Shown here piece after piece: positions 62,001 through 64,000 of a stretch of DNA of 64,000 nucleotides. The notes beneath the pieces were generated by a model. The model saw only the letters and a program-made list of their open reading frames with translations. It ran no database searches and was not told the DNA's origin. The stretch comes from Balanoglossus misakiensis. Its lineage: Eukaryota; Animalia; Hemichordata. Numbering within the stretch: the first letter of the stretch is position 1; each line of letters starts with the position of its first letter. The position numbers were made by a program, and so were the translations under genes. The stretch covers positions 3,341,025 to 3,405,024 of the forward strand of contig CM082596.2 of the NCBI GenBank assembly GCA_040954595.2. The letters run 5' to 3'.

Positions 62001-64000
62001 TTTCAAAATTTGGTGATTTTTTGATAAAAATCATGGGTTATAGCTCATGAAAATCGTCCAGAAACCTCAATTTTTCGACTTCGCGAATTTTCAAAATTTG
62101 GTGATTTTTTGATAAAAACCATGGGTTATAGCCCATGAAAATCGTCCAGAAACCTCAATTTTTCGACTTCGCGAATTTTTAAAATTTGGTGATTTTTTGA
62201 TAATCGTCCAGAAACCTCAATTTTTCGACTTCGCGAATTTTCAAAATCTGGTCATTTTTTGATAAAAACCATGGGTTATAGCCCATGAAAATCGTCCAGA
62301 AAACTCAATTTTTCGAATTCGAGAATTTTCAAAATTTGGTGATTTTTTGATAAAAACCATGGGTTATAGCCCATGAAAATCGTCCAGAAACCTCAATTTT
62401 TCGACTTCGCGAATTTTTAAAATTTGGTGATTTTTTGATAAAAACCATGGGTTATAGCCCATGAAAATCGTCCAGAAACCTCAATTTTTCGACTTCGCGA
62501 ATTTTCAAAATTTGGTGATTTTTTGATAAAAACCATGGGTTATAGCCCATGAAAATCGTCCAGAAACCTCAATTTTTCGACTTCGCGATTTTTAAAATTT
62601 GGTGATTTTTTGATAAAAATCATGGGTTATAGCTCATGAAAATCGTCCACAAACCTCAATTTTTCGACTTCGCGAATTTTCAAAATTTGGTGATTTTTTG
62701 ATAAAAATCATGGGTTATAGCTCATGAAAATCGTCCAGAAACCTCAATTTTTCGACTTCGGAATTTTCAAAATTTGGTGATTTTTTGATAAAAATCATGG
62801 GTTATAGCTCATGAAAATCGTCCAGAAACCTCAATTTTTCGACTTCGGAATTTTCAAAATTTGGTGATTTTTTGATAAAAATCATGGGTTATAGCTCATG
62901 AAAATCGTCCAGAAACCTCAATTTTTCGACTTCGCGAATTTTTAAAATTTGGTGATTTTTTGATAAAAATCATGGGTTATAGCTCATGAAAATCGTCCAG
63001 AAACCTCAATTTTTCGACTTCGCGAATTTTCAAAATTTGGTGATTTTTTGATAAAAACCATGGGTTATAGCCCATGAAAATCGTCCAGAAACCTCAATTT
63101 TTCGACTTCGCGAATTTTTAAAATTTGGTGATTTTTTGATAAAAATCATGGGTTATAGCTCATGAAAATCGTCCAGAAACCTCAATTTTTCGACTTCGCG
63201 AATTTTCAAAATTTGGTGATTTTTTGATAAAAACCATGGGTTATAGCCCATGAAAATCGTCCAGAAACCTCAATTTTTCGACTTCGCGAATTTTCAAAAT
63301 TTGGTGATTTTTTGATAAAAATCATGGGTTATAGCTCATGAAAATCGTCCAGAAACCTCAATTTTTCGACTTCGCGAATTTTCAAAATTTGGTGATTTTT
63401 TGATAAAAATCATGGGTTATAGCTCATGAAAATCGTCCAGAAACCTCAATTTTTCGACTTCGCGAATTTTCAAAATTTGGTGATTTTTTGATAAAAATCA
63501 TGGGTTATAGCTCATGAAAATCGTCCAGAAACCTCAATTTTTCGACTTCGCGAATTTTTAAAATTTGGTGATTTTTTGATAAAAATCATGGGTTATAGCT
63601 CATGAAAATCGTCCAGAAACCTCAATTTTTCGACTTCGCGAATTTTCAAAATTTGGTGATTTTTTGATAAAAATCATGGGTTATAGCTCATGAAAATCGT
63701 CCAGAAACCTCAATTTTTCGACTTCGGAATTTTCAAAATTTGGTGATTTTTTGATAAAAATCATGGGTTATAGCTCATGAAAATCGTCCAGAAACCTCAA
63801 TTTTTCGACTTCGCGAATTTTTAAAATTTGGTGATTTTTTGATAAAAATCATGGGTTATAGCTCATGAAAATCGTCCAGAAACCTCAATTTTTCGACTTC
63901 GCGAATTTTTAAAATTTGGTGATTTTTTGATAAAAATCATGGGTTATAGCTCATGAAAATCGTCCAGAAACCTCAATTTTTCGACTTCGCGAATTTTTAA
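53052..64000 (-). repeat. 88-bp satellite array, inverted orientation (~124 monomers, runs off the window)
   Basis: Reverse complement of the same monomer, starting AATTTTTCGACTTCGCGAATTTTCAAAATTTGGTG at 53052. Confidence 0.99.

Noticed and set aside
36021-64000. CRISPR array or CENP-B box in the repeat
   Set aside because: There are no unique spacers and the context is eukaryotic. TTCG is present, but the TTCG-N4-A-N2-CGGG consensus is not met on either strand.

Overview
Animal (invertebrate bilaterian-like) genomic DNA at a gene-to-satellite boundary. The left 35 kb holds three spliced genes, which I reconstructed exon by exon. (1) A KLF6/7 transcription factor on the minus strand: 3 coding exons, 281 aa, a probable ~5.3 kb 3' UTR, and a promoter with MEF2, CArG and AP-1 sites. 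(2) A 734-aa protein with 11 C2H2 fingers, two AT-hooks and a MADS-like N-terminus on the plus strand. (3) A 24-exon, ~1027-aa adhesion GPCR (C-lectin, Sushi, EGF, HormR, GAIN, 7TM) with a degenerate GPS cleavage site and a polybasic furin-type site. The last GPCR intron contains a 3.6 kb composite insertion bracketed by a 91-bp direct duplication. The insertion comprises an 88-bp minisatellite, scrambled copies of the zinc-finger exon and a DIRS gag fragment. From ~36,021 to the end is an 88-bp satellite (~320 monomers). It appears to grow out of a Helentron/HINE-like element end, flips orientation at ~53,053 and shows nascent higher-order repeats. Its consensus monomer carries a perfect heat-shock element (GAAnnTTCnnGAA), which is the best candidate for an undescribed system. 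All homology calls come from motif recognition by eye; no searches were run.
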